Positions 1 through 14,889 of a stretch of DNA of 64,000 nucleotides are shown here, piece after piece; the first letter of the stretch is position 1; each line of letters starts with the position of its first letter. This stretch comes from the human T2T-CHM13v2.0 reference genome, Homo sapiens. The notes below the pieces were generated by a model, which saw only the letters and a list, made by a program, of their open reading frames with translations, had not been told where the DNA came from and ran no database searches. The translations under genes and the position numbers were made by a program. The stretch lies in assembly GCF_009914755.1 (NCBI RefSeq), contig NC_060939.1; one strand, given 5' to 3'.

Positions 1-268
1 CCTGAATAATCAGCTCTTTCTGTAAGTATTTTTTTCTCTCTTCTTTCTTTTGGTTATTTGAATATTATTTTTCAAGAAAAAAATGAATGACAATGATTAT
101 CTAGTCATTCTTACTGGTCTAAAGAGTCTAACAACAAGTGAAATGATTTATAATGACCTTTATGCTCTTAAAAACTGTTCCTTTTTAAAGTACTAGGTAG
201 CCCCAATGCAAGGATTTAGAAGATACAGTACAATGATTCAACTCAGACACTCTTGTTACAACTTACAC

Positions 269-575
269 TTTTTTTTTTTTTTTTTTTTTTTAGAGACAGC
301 GTCTCACTCTGTCACCTGGCTGGAGTGCAGAGACATGATCATAGCTCACTACAACTCTAACCTACTGGGCTCAAGAGATCCTCCTGCCTCAGTCTCGCAA
401 GTAGTTGGGACTACATGCGTGTACCACCATGTGCAGTTAATTTTTTTTTTTTATTTGTAGAAATGGGGTTTTGCTATAGCTGCCCAGGCTCTTCTTGAAC
501 TTCTGGCCTGATGCGATCCTCCTGCCTCGGCCTCCTAAAGTGCTACAATTACAGGCATGGGCCACCATGCCTGGC
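269..575 (-). mobile_element. Alu (AluJ-like)
   Basis: Poly-T, both Alu arms in antisense; imperfect TSD tacaactta(c/a)actt at ~257-270 and 576-589. Confidence 0.9.
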
Positions 576-1355
576 TACAACTTAAACTTCTAAAGCCAGT
601 TGTAGGTTCTCTGTTTTTAAAGACTCTGTCACCATTAACAGCATAACAAACAGTGAGAATCTAATTGCTTTTACTGAAAAGTACCAGTCCTGAGGGTTGA
701 CAACAACATTTAAGAAATCATTTCCATCTTTTCAGTACAAAACAGTTTTCTAGAGCTGTTTGTAAACTGGACTGACAACAGTAACTCTTTTATTAATCCA
801 CAGAGCAGCAATCATTGAAAAGAATATTTTAAAACTATAAAAGACCTTGTAGATAAATCAACCTTGGCCTAGAAATTCAATGCTACTGCACTGACATGTA
901 TGAGAAGGGTAGGACTGCAAATATAGCAGTTCTGCAAATCAACATGTTAACTTTCAGAGATATACACAAAGGAATTGAGGTTTTGGTGTGTAAGTGCACT
1001 ACAGTCCCCACTATTCATTTACCAACACAGGTTTTTGTAAAAGGAAGGATAAACTGATGAATAATTCATGTCTGGAGCCATTCCAAATTTACTATGTTGA
1101 AGGTACAAAATAGTGCCTCCTTTCATCTTTTACATTAGACTATGTATCTACCTGGGCTACTGAGCACTCCTACAGTTTTAAAATTGGGAAGTATGAAATG
1201 ACGACCACCAGACCTCTTCTAGTAAAGGAAATTGATAGACTGATATATGTACACACTGAGAATCTTATTACAATCTGATTGAACAAAATTAGACTTTTAA
1301 AAACTGGCTTTTACATTTGCACAGAACTCTTCAATTTAGAAAGTGTTTTGTCTGT

Positions 1356-1649
1356 AGCCAGACACGGTGGATCACACCTGTAATCCCAGGACTTTAGGAG
1401 GCTGAGGCAGGTGGATCACTTGAGGTCAGGAGTTCCAGACCAGCCTGGCCAATATGGTGAAACCCTGTCTCTACTAAAAATACAAAAATTAGCCAGGCAT
1501 GGTGGCTGGAACCTGTAGTCCCAGTTACTTAGGAGGCTGAGGCAGGAGAATCGCTTGAACCCGGGAAGTCGAAGTTGCAGTAAGCCAAGATCATGCCATT
1601 GTACTCCAGCCTGGGCAACAAAGTGAGACTCCATCTCAAGAAAAAAAAA
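1356..1649 (+). mobile_element. Alu (AluS-like)
   Basis: Dimeric Alu with A-rich linker and A tail. Confidence 0.92.
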
Positions 1650-1660
1650 TCAAGTGTTTT

Positions 1661-1772
1661 GACTGGGTAAAGTAGCTTACGCTTGTAATCCCCACACTTT
1701 GGGAGGCTGAGGCAGGAGGATTGCTTGAGCCCAGAAGTTTGAGACTGGCCTGGGCAACATAGTGAGACCCTG

Positions 1773-1803
<31 letters not shown>
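1661..1803 (+). mobile_element. Alu monomer (FLAM-like) ending in a (CA)n microsatellite
   Basis: Left-arm sequence ...gaggattgcttgagcccagaagtttgagac...gaccctgtct then (CA)n at ~1777-1803. Confidence 0.8.
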
Positions 1804-1806
<3 letters not shown>

Positions 1807-1876
1807 CAAACAAAATAAAAGAAAGTGTTTTATCTTAATCATCCCAATGAATTATCCCAAGAACACCATTAGGGAG

Positions 1877-2240
1877 CAGACTGTAAAAGCTTTTGTTTTT
1901 ATCTGCCCAGCACATTCTCCTCTCCTATTTCATATGGTCCTGGGGGCATTGTTAAAGATGCTACCTGCTTGCTAATGCAGGAGTGAGCATGTGCTTCAGG
2001 ACAGTCAAAGTACTCATCATCTTGGCCATAATGACTGGTTCCAGGATGAGTATATGACCTAGGGAGGACCACTCAACATCTTCTGTGGGATTAATATATG
2101 ACCATAGGAAAAATATCTTTCCACTGGGGATATCTAAACTAAAATATGTAACTCTGGGGGTGCTGGTAGTCAACTTGTTACATGGAGAACATCTGCTTAG
2201 AGAATAAAGCCAAGTAGAGATAAGTAGAATTGAAAGAAAG
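1877..2240. mobile_element. Old MaLR LTR fragment (MLT1-like)
   Basis: Degenerate motifs (tgactggttccaggatgagtatatgacct) resembling MLT1; family uncertain. Confidence 0.4.
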
Positions 2241-2254
2241 AAACAAAGCTGTAA

Positions 2255-2572
2255 TGGCATATGGGGACGCATTCTGAGAACTGCATCATTAGGCAACTTT
2301 GTCATTGTGCAAACATCATAGAGTGTACTTACACAAACTTAGATAGTATAGCCTAACCTAGGCTATATGGGATAGCCTATTGTTCCCAGGCTACAAACAT
2401 ATACAGTATGTTACTGCAGGGAACAATGCAGGCAACTGTAACACAATGGTAATTATTTGTGTATCTAACCATAGAAAGGGTACAGTAAAAATATAGTATT
2501 GTAATCTTACAGGACCGCCATTGTATATGTGGTCTGTTGTTGACTAAAAAGTCATTATGCAGTGCATTACTA
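2255..2572. mobile_element. Tigger3/MER7-like DNA transposon relic
   Basis: ttctgagaactgcatcattaggcaactttgtcattgtgcaaacatcatagagtgtacttacacaaac...cctaggctatatgg resembles the Tigger3 consensus. Confidence 0.75.
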
Positions 2573-2949
2573 TACTCAGAGCCTTGGCATCTAGTTCAAA
2601 CCTTGACCTTCCCAGGTACACAAGCCATTTTACTATTCTGTTTTACTTACGTTGTTTCAAGCTAAGGCTCTAAAAGAGTTCTAACCAGAGTGAAAACTTG
2701 TTTTTTTCTGATTATAGTGGTAATATAGGCTCATTATAGAAATTTATATAGTAAAGAAAAGCAGAAAAATCAGTAGAAAAAGTTAGCCATAATTTCACCT
2801 TTTAAAGACAATCACAGTTTGATAATTTTCCTTTCATGTTTTTCTATTTGATTCTTTCTCCACATGATTGACATTATACCGAATTTCATTCAATGACTAT
2901 TTAGGCCCCTTCTATGTCATGAAAACATCTTGGTTAAGCATTATATTTT

Positions 2950-3740
2950 AAATCTTTATTGACAGAATAGGATAACAAATACCCATGCATTCATCACACA
3001 GCCCTTACTACCATCAACCCATGGCCAATCCTATCTGTCCACACCCATCCTGCATAAAGTTTAAGCAAATCCAAGGCATATTATTTCATTTGTAAATGTT
3101 TCCATTTCTATCTCTAAAAAAAATCACTTAAAAAAAACAAAACCACAACATCATTATCACATCTAAAAATCACCATTTCTTAATATCATCAAATAACTGG
3201 TGTTCAAATTTCTAAATGTACCATAAATGCCTTAATATTTTAAATAGTTTTTTTTAAAATTAGAATCCAAACAAGAACCACACATTGTGACTGGTTAATA
3301 TGACTTAAGTCTCTTTTTAATCTGTTAGCTACCCTCCATCTTTTAAAACCCCCTTTGAAAATGTACGTATTTGTTGATGAAACCTGGTTGTTTATCCTAT
3401 ACGCTTTCCCACAAGTTGAATTTTGCTGATTATATCCCTGTGGTGTCACATAACATTTTTTGGAACTATTTATTTCCTGTAAAATGATCTAGGTTCTAGA
3501 GGTCTGACTGGATACATAAACATCATTTTTAATGATTGAATAATATTCTACCAGTGGAATGTTTTTGCAACTTTTGGTTGTTTTCAATATTCCTTATTAT
3601 AAACCATGCTGTGCCAAACATTTTGAGTAGAAAACCTTGCCAGATTTCAGACTATTTTCCACAAGTGGAATTACTGAGTCAAAGGGTATGCATATTTTTA
3701 GGGCTCTTGATATACATAGCCACGTTATATTCAAGAAACA
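2950..3740 (-). mobile_element. Old L1M 3' fragments
   Basis: Degenerate L1MC/L1ME 3'UTR-like sequence. Confidence 0.5.
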
Positions 3741-4653
3741 TTAAATAAATTTATAGTCTCACGAGCAAGGTACGAGAAAACCCAGTTCACTATGTGGGGG
3801 TTGGTATGACTATCCCCATTTGATAGACAAGGAGACTGATGCTCAAGGAAGGCAACGCACAAGCTCAAGCAAAGACGGCTGGAACATTCTATGGTTTTCT
3901 GACTCCTGATAAGAGGGTCCTTTGCACTGAATTCACTGCTTTTCTGTGGCATTTTTTGGGTCCTTACTGAGGTCTAAAGTGATCACACAAAACTTCAAAA
4001 CCATGTAGTCTCAAGATGAAAATGGCTTAGCTAGGTTTCCGGTACCATCCTTGAAACAGCCAGAAAGGAAGAAAGACTACAAAATGAGCAAAGAGATAAA
4101 AAGCATTGTAAAGCCAAGGCAAACTAAAACAACCACTTGTTGAGTGGTTGGTCCTTTCTGAGTATTGTCTCCTATAGGTTACTGGGCCATCTACAGTGCC
4201 TACTAATGAGTCAGTCTAATGTTTTTCTAAATTGCCTATGTCTTGACTGCATGGACAATCTTTAAATGACTGGCTAAGAAGATGCTTAAACTAAATGGCT
4301 CTAAAAGGTCAGTGTAGAGAAATTCATTTTGTCAATCTCATTGTTTTGAGGGAAGAATATGGAACTTTCTAATGAACACTGGGGTCAAAAGCAACATATC
4401 TTTTGCATTGTAACTGTTAGGTTGAAATTATAATGTTGAGGCTATTACCACACCCAGGATGAAAAGCTTTAATACAGAAAACTTCCTAGTCTTCTTGGAA
4501 CACACATCCTGGGAAAGAAACATGCTGCTGTAAATGATAAATAAATGGGTCTCTCCATTTGCTTTGCCATTTGAAATTTAAAATGAGTCCCTTTGCAGCT
4601 TTCTGTCATTGGACTTTACAAACAGAAAGGGATATTTAGAAACATATACATTA

Positions 4654-4780
4654 TGTGTGTGTGTGTGTGTGTATACGATGTTCACTATTTGGGTGACGGA
4701 TTCACTACAAGCCCAAACTTCACCATTAGGTAATATATCCATGTATTATGTACCCCCGAATCTATTAAAAAAAAAAACTA
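4654..4780 (+). mobile_element. (TG)n followed by a short L1 3' end with A tail
   Basis: gttcactatttgggtgacggattcactacaagcccaaacttcacc...tgtacccccgaatctattaaaaaaa resembles an L1PB-type terminus. Confidence 0.65.
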
Positions 4781-4957
4781 AAATGAGTTATTGTTTCTTT
4801 GTCCATCCTTGTCTACCTATCCACTCTCACATTCCAACCAAATTGTTGCTTATTAGGGTTCTATCCCTGAACTAAATTTAGTAAAGTCATGCAATTCCAT
4901 GGTTTCAACTATCCTCGATATGTTAATAATAATTCCCAATTCTATCTCAAGGCCTAC

Positions 4958-5246
4958 TTTTGTTTTTCTTTTAGAGACAGGGTCTCACTCTGCTGCCCAG
5001 GCTGGAGTATAGTGATGCAATCATGGCTCACTGCTGGACTCAAGGGTCCTCCCACCTCAGCCTCCTGAGTAGCTGAGACTACAGGTGCATGCCATCAGGC
5101 CTGGCTAATTTTTTTTTTTTTTTTTTGGTAGAGACAGGGTTTTGCCTTGTTGCCTAGTCTGGTTGTGAACTCCTGGACTCAAGCGAGCTGCCCTCCTCAG
5201 CCTCCCAAAGTGCTGGGATTATAGGCATGAGCCATGGCATCCGGCC
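4958..5246 (-). mobile_element. Alu (AluJ-like)
   Basis: Antisense dimeric Alu. Confidence 0.9.
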
Positions 5247-6416
5247 TACTTCTTTTCTGAACTTCTTTCTTAAAGTACTAGTTTATGAATATTTTCCCTT
5301 GGGGGTCCCAGGGCACCCCTATATTTGTATGTTCAAATAAAACCTCATTATCTCTTCTGAAATCTCCTTCTCCCACTATTCTTGTCCAAATGAATGTCAT
5401 TATTCATCTCACAGTAATGCAAGAAATTTTAAGATAACCGTTTGTAATCATGCATTCATCCACTCAATTATTTCTAAGTATGATGCTGATGCTAACCTTA
5501 AGGACCTCTTAACATTGTAGCTGACACATAATTTCTACATTACTATGATTAATTCTATAATAGAGGTATGTTCAAAGTATTACTACTATATAGCAGAAGT
5601 GCCAAATTTTGGCTTAATGGGCCAGGGCTAGCTTCTCAAAAGAGGTGGCATCTTCATATTTTTAAATGAATTCATCAGGTAGACAAGGCCCAAGGCTGAG
5701 GTAGATAGAAGCTAATTCTACCTCTAAAATAGTCCTAAATCCTTCTTGCTTCCACTCTAATTGTTATTGCTATAGTTTGGTCAAGGTCACATCCTATCAG
5801 GCTAAGTTACTGTGGGATATTAGAAACAAGGCCTGACCTGAGTCTCAGCCTCTTTATATCTACCCCACTAGTAAAGTTGATTCCTTCATATATGGCTAAT
5901 GAATGTCTTCCTTCAGTTTAGAAGTGTTCTATTCTTGCTTTTTTTTTTTTCTGTTGTACTTCTCCTGTTACCTTATTTGAGAAGATCAATTATTCAACAT
6001 TTTAATTCTATTGTCTATCCTTCACATCTCTTTGTCTTCTTGCTAATCACATTTGTGATAACCTTTGTCCTTTCTCTCTGCTGTCACTGTGATTAATAAT
6101 CAACTGCTTTCTCTTGAGATATATTCCAAATAATAAATGCACAAAACTTAAGTGTTTGGTTTGACAAGTTTTGAAGACCATATAAATCTACATAACCATC
6201 CATAAAAACAAGATATAGAACATACTCATCATCACAGAAAGATCCCTTGTTTTCTATCCAATCCTTTCCTATCTCCATATAAAGGAAATCATTCAAAATG
6301 TTCTCTTTTATATCTGTCCCTGGCTAAGCATGATGTTTTTGAGATTTATTCATGTTGGTGCATGGGACAATAATTCCTTTCTTTATATTGTTGATTAGTA
6401 TCCCACTGTATGAATA

Positions 6417-6651
6417 CAGGTTGAGCATGCCCAACCTGAAAATACAAAATCCTCCCAAACCCAAAACTTTCTGAGTATCAACATGATGCTCAAGAGAAAT
6501 GCCCACTGGAGCATTTCAGATTTTGGATTTTCAGATTTGGGATGTTCAACTGGCAAGTATAATGCAAATACTCAAAAATCCCTTCCCCGCCCAAATCCAA
6601 AATCCAAAACACTCTGGTCTCAAGCATTTCAGATAAGGCATACTCAACCTG
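6417..6651. mobile_element. Tigger4/MER46-like MITE
   Basis: Terminal inverted repeats caggttgag...ctcaacctg with TA on both sides. Confidence 0.85.
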
Positions 6652-7349
6652 TATGCTATGATTTGTTTGTTCCTTCTCTTGTTGATGGATGTATATGTTA
6701 TTTACAGTTTTTGGTTATCATAAATAAGACTGCTATGAAAATCCATGGGAAAGTCTTTTTGTGAACATGTGTTTTCATTTCTATTGGGTAAATACCTAAG
6801 AGTAGAATTGTTGAGTCATAGAATAGATGTGTTTAAATTTACAAATTTATAGAGTTCTTCAAAGTGGTCATTTCATTTCATTCTCCCAGAAACAATGTAT
6901 TAGATCTCCAGTTGTTCTATATCCTTACCAACATCTGGTATCATCAATCTTTTTTATTTTAGCCGTTTTATTGGATTTGAAACAGTACCTTGGTATGATT
7001 TTATTTTGCATTTCCCTGATAACTAACATACTGAACACACTTCCATGTGCTAAGTAGTTATTTGTGTATCTTTCCATGTGTTAAACGGTTATTTGCATAT
7101 TTGTATCCAAATAAATCTTTCCCCCATTCCATGACCGCAAAGATATATATAGTCCCATATTTTCTGCTAGAAGTCTTATGGTCACAACTTTTGTGTTTAG
7201 ATCTGTGATCCATCTCAAATTAATTTTGTATATAACAAGAGGTTACTTTTCTTCCATATGGATATCCAGTTGTTCTAGCACCATTCATTAAAATAACTTT
7301 CCTTTCCCTATTAAATTAATCTGATCCCTTGATCAGAAATCAACTGACG

Positions 7350-7665
7350 AGAGGTTGCTAGAGGTTGTGGGGGAAGGAGGAATGATAGATGGGGTTATAT
7401 GATACTGTACTGATGAGTACATGGCATTATACATTTGTCAAAATCCGTAAGATATTTAACACCAAGAGTTAACCTTAATGTAAACTATGGACTTTAGGGT
7501 GATAATGACATCAATGTAGGTTCACTGACTGTAAAAAATGTACCACTCTAATGAGGCCTACTGGAGGCTGTACATGTGTGTGGCCAGGGGGTTTATGGAA
7601 ATACTCTATAGTTTCCACTCAATATTGCTGTTAACTTTTAAAACTGCTCTAAAAAATAGTGTATT
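7350..7665 (+). mobile_element. L1MC/L1MD-type 3' end inserted in opposite orientation
   Basis: taaactatggactttagggtgataatg...aaaactgctctaaaaaatag. Confidence 0.65.
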
Positions 7666-8607
7666 TTTTTTTCAAAGCCTAATCAGCTCCCCCACCCCAA
7701 ATAATTGGACCGTATTTGTGTAGGTCTATTTCTGTGCCCTCAATTCCATTTTGACCTATTGATCAATCTTATACCAATACCAGACTGTCTTGATTAGCAT
7801 AACTCTGTAGTAAGTCCCCAAATCAGGCAAGTCCTCTGACTTATTATTCTTTTTCAAAATTGTTTTGGCTGTGTTAGAGCCTTAACTTTTCCATAGAAAT
7901 CTCAGAGCTGACTTGTAAATTTATTTCTAAAGCCTGCTGGGATTTTGATTAGGATTGCACAGAGTCTATAAATTAATTTGGGGAAAAATAATGTTTTACC
8001 AATATTGAGTCTTCTGATCCATGGATATTATATATATCTCCGTTTATTTAGGTCTTTAATTTCTCTCGGTAATGCTTTGTAGAGGTGTTGCTTTACTTTC
8101 ATGAGATTTACTCAGAGGTATTTGATATTTTCTGATGCTTTTTATAAATGGTATTGTTTTTTAAATCTTGATTTCTATTTGTTGCTATACATAGCGATAT
8201 GACTGATTTTTGCATAAGTTATATTTGTATATTCAAACCTTGCTTAAATCTTACTTAACAGTTCTATTAAATAATCATTTTTTTCTTGGTAGATTACATA
8301 GTTTTCTATACGTGCAATCATGAGACTGCAAATAATAATAGTTTTATTTTGTCCTTTACAAACTTTATGCCTTTTCTTTTTCTGCTTCTTACTGAACTAG
8401 CTAGAACTTTCAATACAATGCTGAATAGAAGTGATGAGGGTAAACAGTCTGTGTATTCCTAATCTTAAAGGAAAAGTGTTTATTATTATGTACGATTTAG
8501 CTGTTTTTCCCGTCTATTCCTAATTTGCTGTTTATTTTATTATCATGAAGTAGTGTTACATTTGTTTCATTTTTTCTGCATCTACTAAGATGATCTTAGT
8601 TTCCTTT

Positions 8608-9137
8608 TGTTGAGGTCAGTGCCAGGAGATAATCCTCAAAAGGTCTGACATTTTTGCATGTCTTGTGAGCAGATGAACTAACAGCTTTTGTTCTAGACTA
8701 GGTTTTCCAGAATGTTTGTATAGGGAATGGTCTTGGAAAATGGTGATGATGTCTTCCTTTAGAGCAAAGGTCAGTTATGTTGGCTGTCCAGTATAGTAAA
8801 GATAGTGTCTATCTCCCAGGCAAAGGTTGAACAGGTCTATTTTTAGCCCATTTTAAAGATTGGGGTTTCCTAAGATTGTGGGGGTTTCCTCAGCTGTGAT
8901 GTAAACTCACTGCACATGCAACATCCATCTGGGCCCACCCTGTGTTGTTTCCGTGGGACCTGGGGGTAAGAAAAACTGATGAGAACATAAAGTTCAAATT
9001 GCTTGCTGTCTGTGAGTAATGAGGTCCCTTGTCTCTGACTAGGAGTCTTGTATCTTTTGCCAGCATCCATGAAACTGTGGGCTAACTTGTTAGCCTGCAA
9101 AAAGGGTAAAATCTATGAACTTTCATGGTTCTTGATA
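8608..9137 (+). mobile_element. Solo LTR (ERVL class, MER68/MER77-like; subfamily uncertain)
   Basis: Interrupts the L1; ends ...gctaacttgttagcctgcaaaaagggtaaaatc...gttcttgata. Confidence 0.55.
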
Positions 9138-9509
9138 AGTTAATATGGCAATTTCTAAATGTTAAAACTAACCTTGCATTCCTAGAATAAATCTCATATC
9201 GTCATGATCCTTTTATATATTGCTGAATTTAATTGCTACATTTATGTTCACGAGGAATGTTGATCTGTAATTTTATTTTTTGGAATATCCTTGTCAGATT
9301 TTGGTATTAAGGTTATACTGGCATCATAAAACAAGCTGGCAAGTATTCCCTCCTCTCCCTTGAGAGAGTTTGTGTATGATTGGCATATTTCTCCCTTAAG
9401 TGCTTTGTAGAATTTAGAAGTAAAGCCATCTGTACCCAAAGTTTTCTTTGTGGAAAGTTTAAGAAAGTAGATTTCTGTTTTGGTGGAATAACATCAATTT
9501 ACCGTTCAA

Positions 9510-10010
9510 ATAGCTCAGAAAACCTCAAGCAGAAAAAGTGCAATGAGAACTACACTGAAGCTGATCATGTCAAACTGCTGAAACTCAAATATAAATAAAA
9601 AATCTTGAATGCAGCTGGAGGAAAAAAAAGACACAACCTACAGGGGAAAAATGACATAAATGAAGGCTGATTTTTTATAAGAAACGATGGAAGCCAGAAG
9701 ACCATGGAATGACATCTTTAAAGTGCTTCAAGGAAAAAAAAAATTGTCAAGCATGGAAAAGACCAAACAGTTATGTGAGAAATTAATATTAAACAAACTA
9801 GACTTCAAAGCAAGGAGTATTTAACACCAATAAAGAGGAATAATAATAAAAGGGCCATCTGAAAGACATAACAGTCTAACGGAGTTTCAAAATACTTGAA
9901 GCAAAATCATACTAATTAAATGGAGACAGATCCATAGTCACAGTTGGAGATTTTTAACACTCCTATTTTGCTAATTGTTAGAACTGGAAAAATATTAAGA
10001 ATATAGAATT
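9510..10010 (+). mobile_element. Old L1 fragment (ORF1 end / ORF2 endonuclease start)
   Basis: gaagccagaagaccatggaatgacatctttaaagtgct and tagacttcaaagcaagg...gttggagatttttaacactcct resemble L1 coding sequence. Confidence 0.6.
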
Positions 10011-11124
10011 ATGTTGTTCAGTATAGTCATTAGCTTTATGTGTTTACTTAAGTTTATTTGGTAGAATTTGCTCTTTCAGTCCTTTCAATGATTTTGTAAG
10101 CACCTAATTCTGTTTTATATCCTTTTCTGCTTAAAATAGCTACAATGGCTTCATTTTCTACAACTAAATCCAGACTCATACAATGACTGACAAACAATGC
10201 TCAACCTCACTAGTGATAAAGTCAGTGTAATGAAGACGACAAAAACAAAACATTGCATAGCTATCAGACTGACAAAAACACTAGCAAGGATATGGGGAAA
10301 TGGAAACTGCAGTTTTTTTGATGATGGGAACTAAAATTTGTACAATTACTTTAAAGAACAATTTGGTGTTAAATTGTTGAATATCTTTGTCAGATTTTGG
10401 TTTTAAGGTATCAACTTTTTTGGTATTTGGTATAAATTTTTGTCAGCAAACATTTAACAGTATTTTCTGATAAAAGTTGAACATGCATTTATTATATCAT
10501 CCATAAACTACTCCTTTAGGTATATACCCTTGAGAAACTCTGTACAAGTACAGAAAAAGACTTTTATAAAGACATTTTACTACCTCATTGCTTGAAATAG
10601 TCAAAAGGAATAAACTATTGCCCTGAGGTGGAAAATGGATAAATTTGGGAATTTATTCACAGAATAGAATCTGAAGAGCAGTTAAAATGAATCAGCTAGA
10701 TCTATATGAATCAACATAAATAAATATAAAAAAGTTAAAACATGTTATGTTTAATTGCATAAAAATAACAATTGGCAAAATAATATCATAGCATTTACGT
10801 AAATTTAAAAAACGATTAAAAGTAGAATATGTTGTTTATGAAGATAGATACACACACATACACACATATAAAAAATACACGAAATGATATACACAAACTC
10901 TTAACAGTGATATACCACTTGGGAGAGAGTAAGGGGAAAAGATAGGGAAGGGGAGGGGGAGGCAGTTGTATCTGCAACAGTTGGTTTCTTAACAACAGGG
11001 AAAAGGTCTAAACCTAAGACAAATATGGAAAATCTTATCAGTTAACAATTGTTGGTACACAGATATCTATAATTTTATTTTGTGTATGTTGACAGTATTT
11101 CATAATAAAATAATAGAAAATTTA

Positions 11125-11677
<553 letters not shown>

Positions 11678-12076
11678 TCAGTTTGGCTAAGGTTTAAAAA
11701 GAATGATGATACCCAATATTGTCTAGGTTGAGGGTACAAGGACATACTCATGGGTACTCTTTGTGTAGGTCAATCTGGCAATATGGATCAAAATTCTTAA
11801 GGTATATTCTCTGACCCAGAAATTCTACTTTTCAACATCTATCATAAGAAAATAATCAATTGTATGAAAATAGAAAAACAAAAGGAAAAGAAGAGCATAC
11901 AAAGATGTTCTTCAGTGTTATCTGAAAAAGTAAAAAACTAAAATACACTTACATGTGTAATAATAGGTTACCTGAAGCAAATCATTCCTAAGTAGTGAAA
12001 TACTTGGAAAACCAGTAGAAATTAATTTGCAAGTTTCTACTGACTTGAAAAAGTGAATTAAAAAAGTATATGATAT

Positions 12077-12240
12077 GTTGGGTGTGGTGGCTTGCACCTG
12101 TAATCCCAGCTACTCTGGAGGTTGAGGCAGAAGGACTGCTTGAGGCCAGGAGTTGAGTTACAGTGAGCTATGATCATGCCACTGCACTCCAGCCTGGGTG
12201 ACAGCACACACACCCTGTCTCTAAAAAAATAAAAAATAAA
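12077..12240 (+). mobile_element. Alu monomer (FAM/FRAM-like)
   Basis: Single arm with A-rich tail. Confidence 0.8.
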
Positions 12241-12554
12241 GTTTAAAAAAGCACATTATAAAAGAGTATTTATAGGTATTATATTTAAATAAAATAACTA
12301 CATATATATACACTAAAAAACACAAACCCGGTAATTATCTTTGGGTGGTGGAATTAAAGATAGTCTGTGTGTGTGTTAAAAAAACAAAAAAAACAAGAAA
12401 CTGTACTCTTCTGTGTTTTCCAAATTATTTTTGTCATTGAGCACATAGTAATTTCATAATTAGAAAAAAGAACTTATTTTAAAAGGTGGTGGCAGAGAGA
12501 CAGATACATCATCTGCTGCTGCAAGACAGCTTGAACACCTGAAGTAAAGAAATA

Positions 12555-12850
12555 GCAATGGAGTGAGGGTGAGAGTTTTGAAAAGTATTTACAAGGCAGG
12601 ATCAATAGGTGCTGGAGGATTAACTGAATATTGGTTTGGTAAAAGACTGAGAGATCTAGCTTAAGTAACTTAATAGGACATTGCTGTCATTGATAAGGTC
12701 AGAGGACACAGGAAGAGGAGCTCCTTTGGGTGGACAGATAATGTATTAAGCTTTGAACTATGGAGTCTGAGGTACCTGTGGTACATCCTGGTGGCTAGAT
12801 ATGTGGTCAGGGTCTGGTGGCCAGGAAAGTGCTAGGCTAAAATTTCTCCT
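12555..12850. mobile_element. L2 fragment
   Basis: Purine-rich L2-like sequence (gataatgtattaagctttgaactatggagtctgaggtacctgtgg). Confidence 0.55.
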
Positions 12851-12896
12851 TGAATACATGTCTTATGTTTGATAACTTAGATTCTAAAAGGCTGGT

Positions 12897-13186
<290 letters not shown>

Positions 13187-14336
13187 TTTTTTTTCAGAGA
13201 TTAATGTGGTCAAGGAGTGTCAGCAAGATGACCAATTAGAGTTGCCTGGTGGTTGTCCCCCTCCACCCCAACAGGAAGTGACCAAAACAACAAGCAAACA
13301 ATGATATTTTGACTGTAGTGATGGAAGAAGTACATTGGATAATACTAGAGGGGCAGCAAAATCCCTGTGGAACATTAAAGCCCAGGATACCACCACAGAC
13401 AGGGGAGTAAGGCATCCTGCCTCTGCCACACTGTCTTCCCTGCTGGCATTAGCTCAGAGTCAGGGAGGACTTCTTACAGGGAAAAAGTAAGCTGGAGATT
13501 CCCAGCAGTCCTCACTGCCACCACAAATGCCAGCAAATCTTGCTACAGGAGAATCTCCCAGTACTCATAGGACCCAAATCTAGTTTGGAGAGTAGCTGGG
13601 AATCTGTAAACCTGAACTCTCTCAGAGTAGGATCCCATGTTGGGCACTCCCCACATCTGTAACCTAAGTTGTCACAGCACAGATCATCTCGGAACCAGAC
13701 CCACTGGTAGACTATGTCCTGCCCTGGGGGCCAGTAGCAACTGACTCTCTCCATCTCTGAGGCCCTGCCATCATTTCACCATGTTCACATGGGTGCTTGC
13801 ATCACTATAACTGTAGCTGGCTGGATCCTAGGCCAGACAAAATTACTGAGGTGCCAGTGTCTGAACCCAGGTGGCATCCCACCCAACAATGGAACAGGCA
13901 AACCTGCACTGTGGTGAAGCCACCAAACAGCTGGTTGGCCTGCTGTGCCCACATCTGGCCTGAGAGCTGGATCAGTGATGGCCCTGCCTCCCCAGAGAGA
14001 CTACTGCAGAGCCACATAGCTGGCCACACCTGCACATGCCTGAACCCAGTCTTGAAGCCAGCCTGGTTGTGGCTGCTGCCTTCCTGGAGTCTGCCAGGTA
14101 GTGTCTCAGACCTCTGCACAAATGTGCCTTTCTGGAGAGTCTGCCAGATAGTGTCTCAGACCTCTGCACGAACATGTACCTGGCCCAACAACCAGCCCAG
14201 TGCCACTGCCCCTAGGCTACAGTGTCTGTGATTATTCAAATTCCTGCAGCCTAGGCTATTGAGGCAATCACAGACATTGCTGATGAGAATTACAGTTGAA
14301 GAAACTGTACACAGACCATGCTACTAAGTCCACTCA

Positions 14337-14524
<188 letters not shown>

Positions 14525-14570
14525 GTCCAGGATCTTGAAGTTATCACTGCTGAATTCTCCTAAATATTTA

Positions 14571-14889
<319 letters not shown>

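Larger units (their letters stand above)
6100..9480 (-). mobile_element. Old L1M (3'UTR to mid-ORF2), interrupted by younger insertions
   Basis: ORF 9248..9439(-) GTDGFTSKFYKALK...SLFYDASITLIPKSDKD is degenerate ORF2; L1 3'UTR-like sequence toward 6100. Confidence 0.75.

Noticed and set aside
206-1813. Alu-derived ORFs here and throughout the window
   Set aside because: Typical translated Alu peptides (e.g. [21 protein letters not shown]).
13797-14231. 144-aa ORF and overlapping antisense ORFs
   Set aside because: Within the GC-richer 5'UTR of an old L1; the internal peptide repeat reflects the 50-bp tandem duplication.
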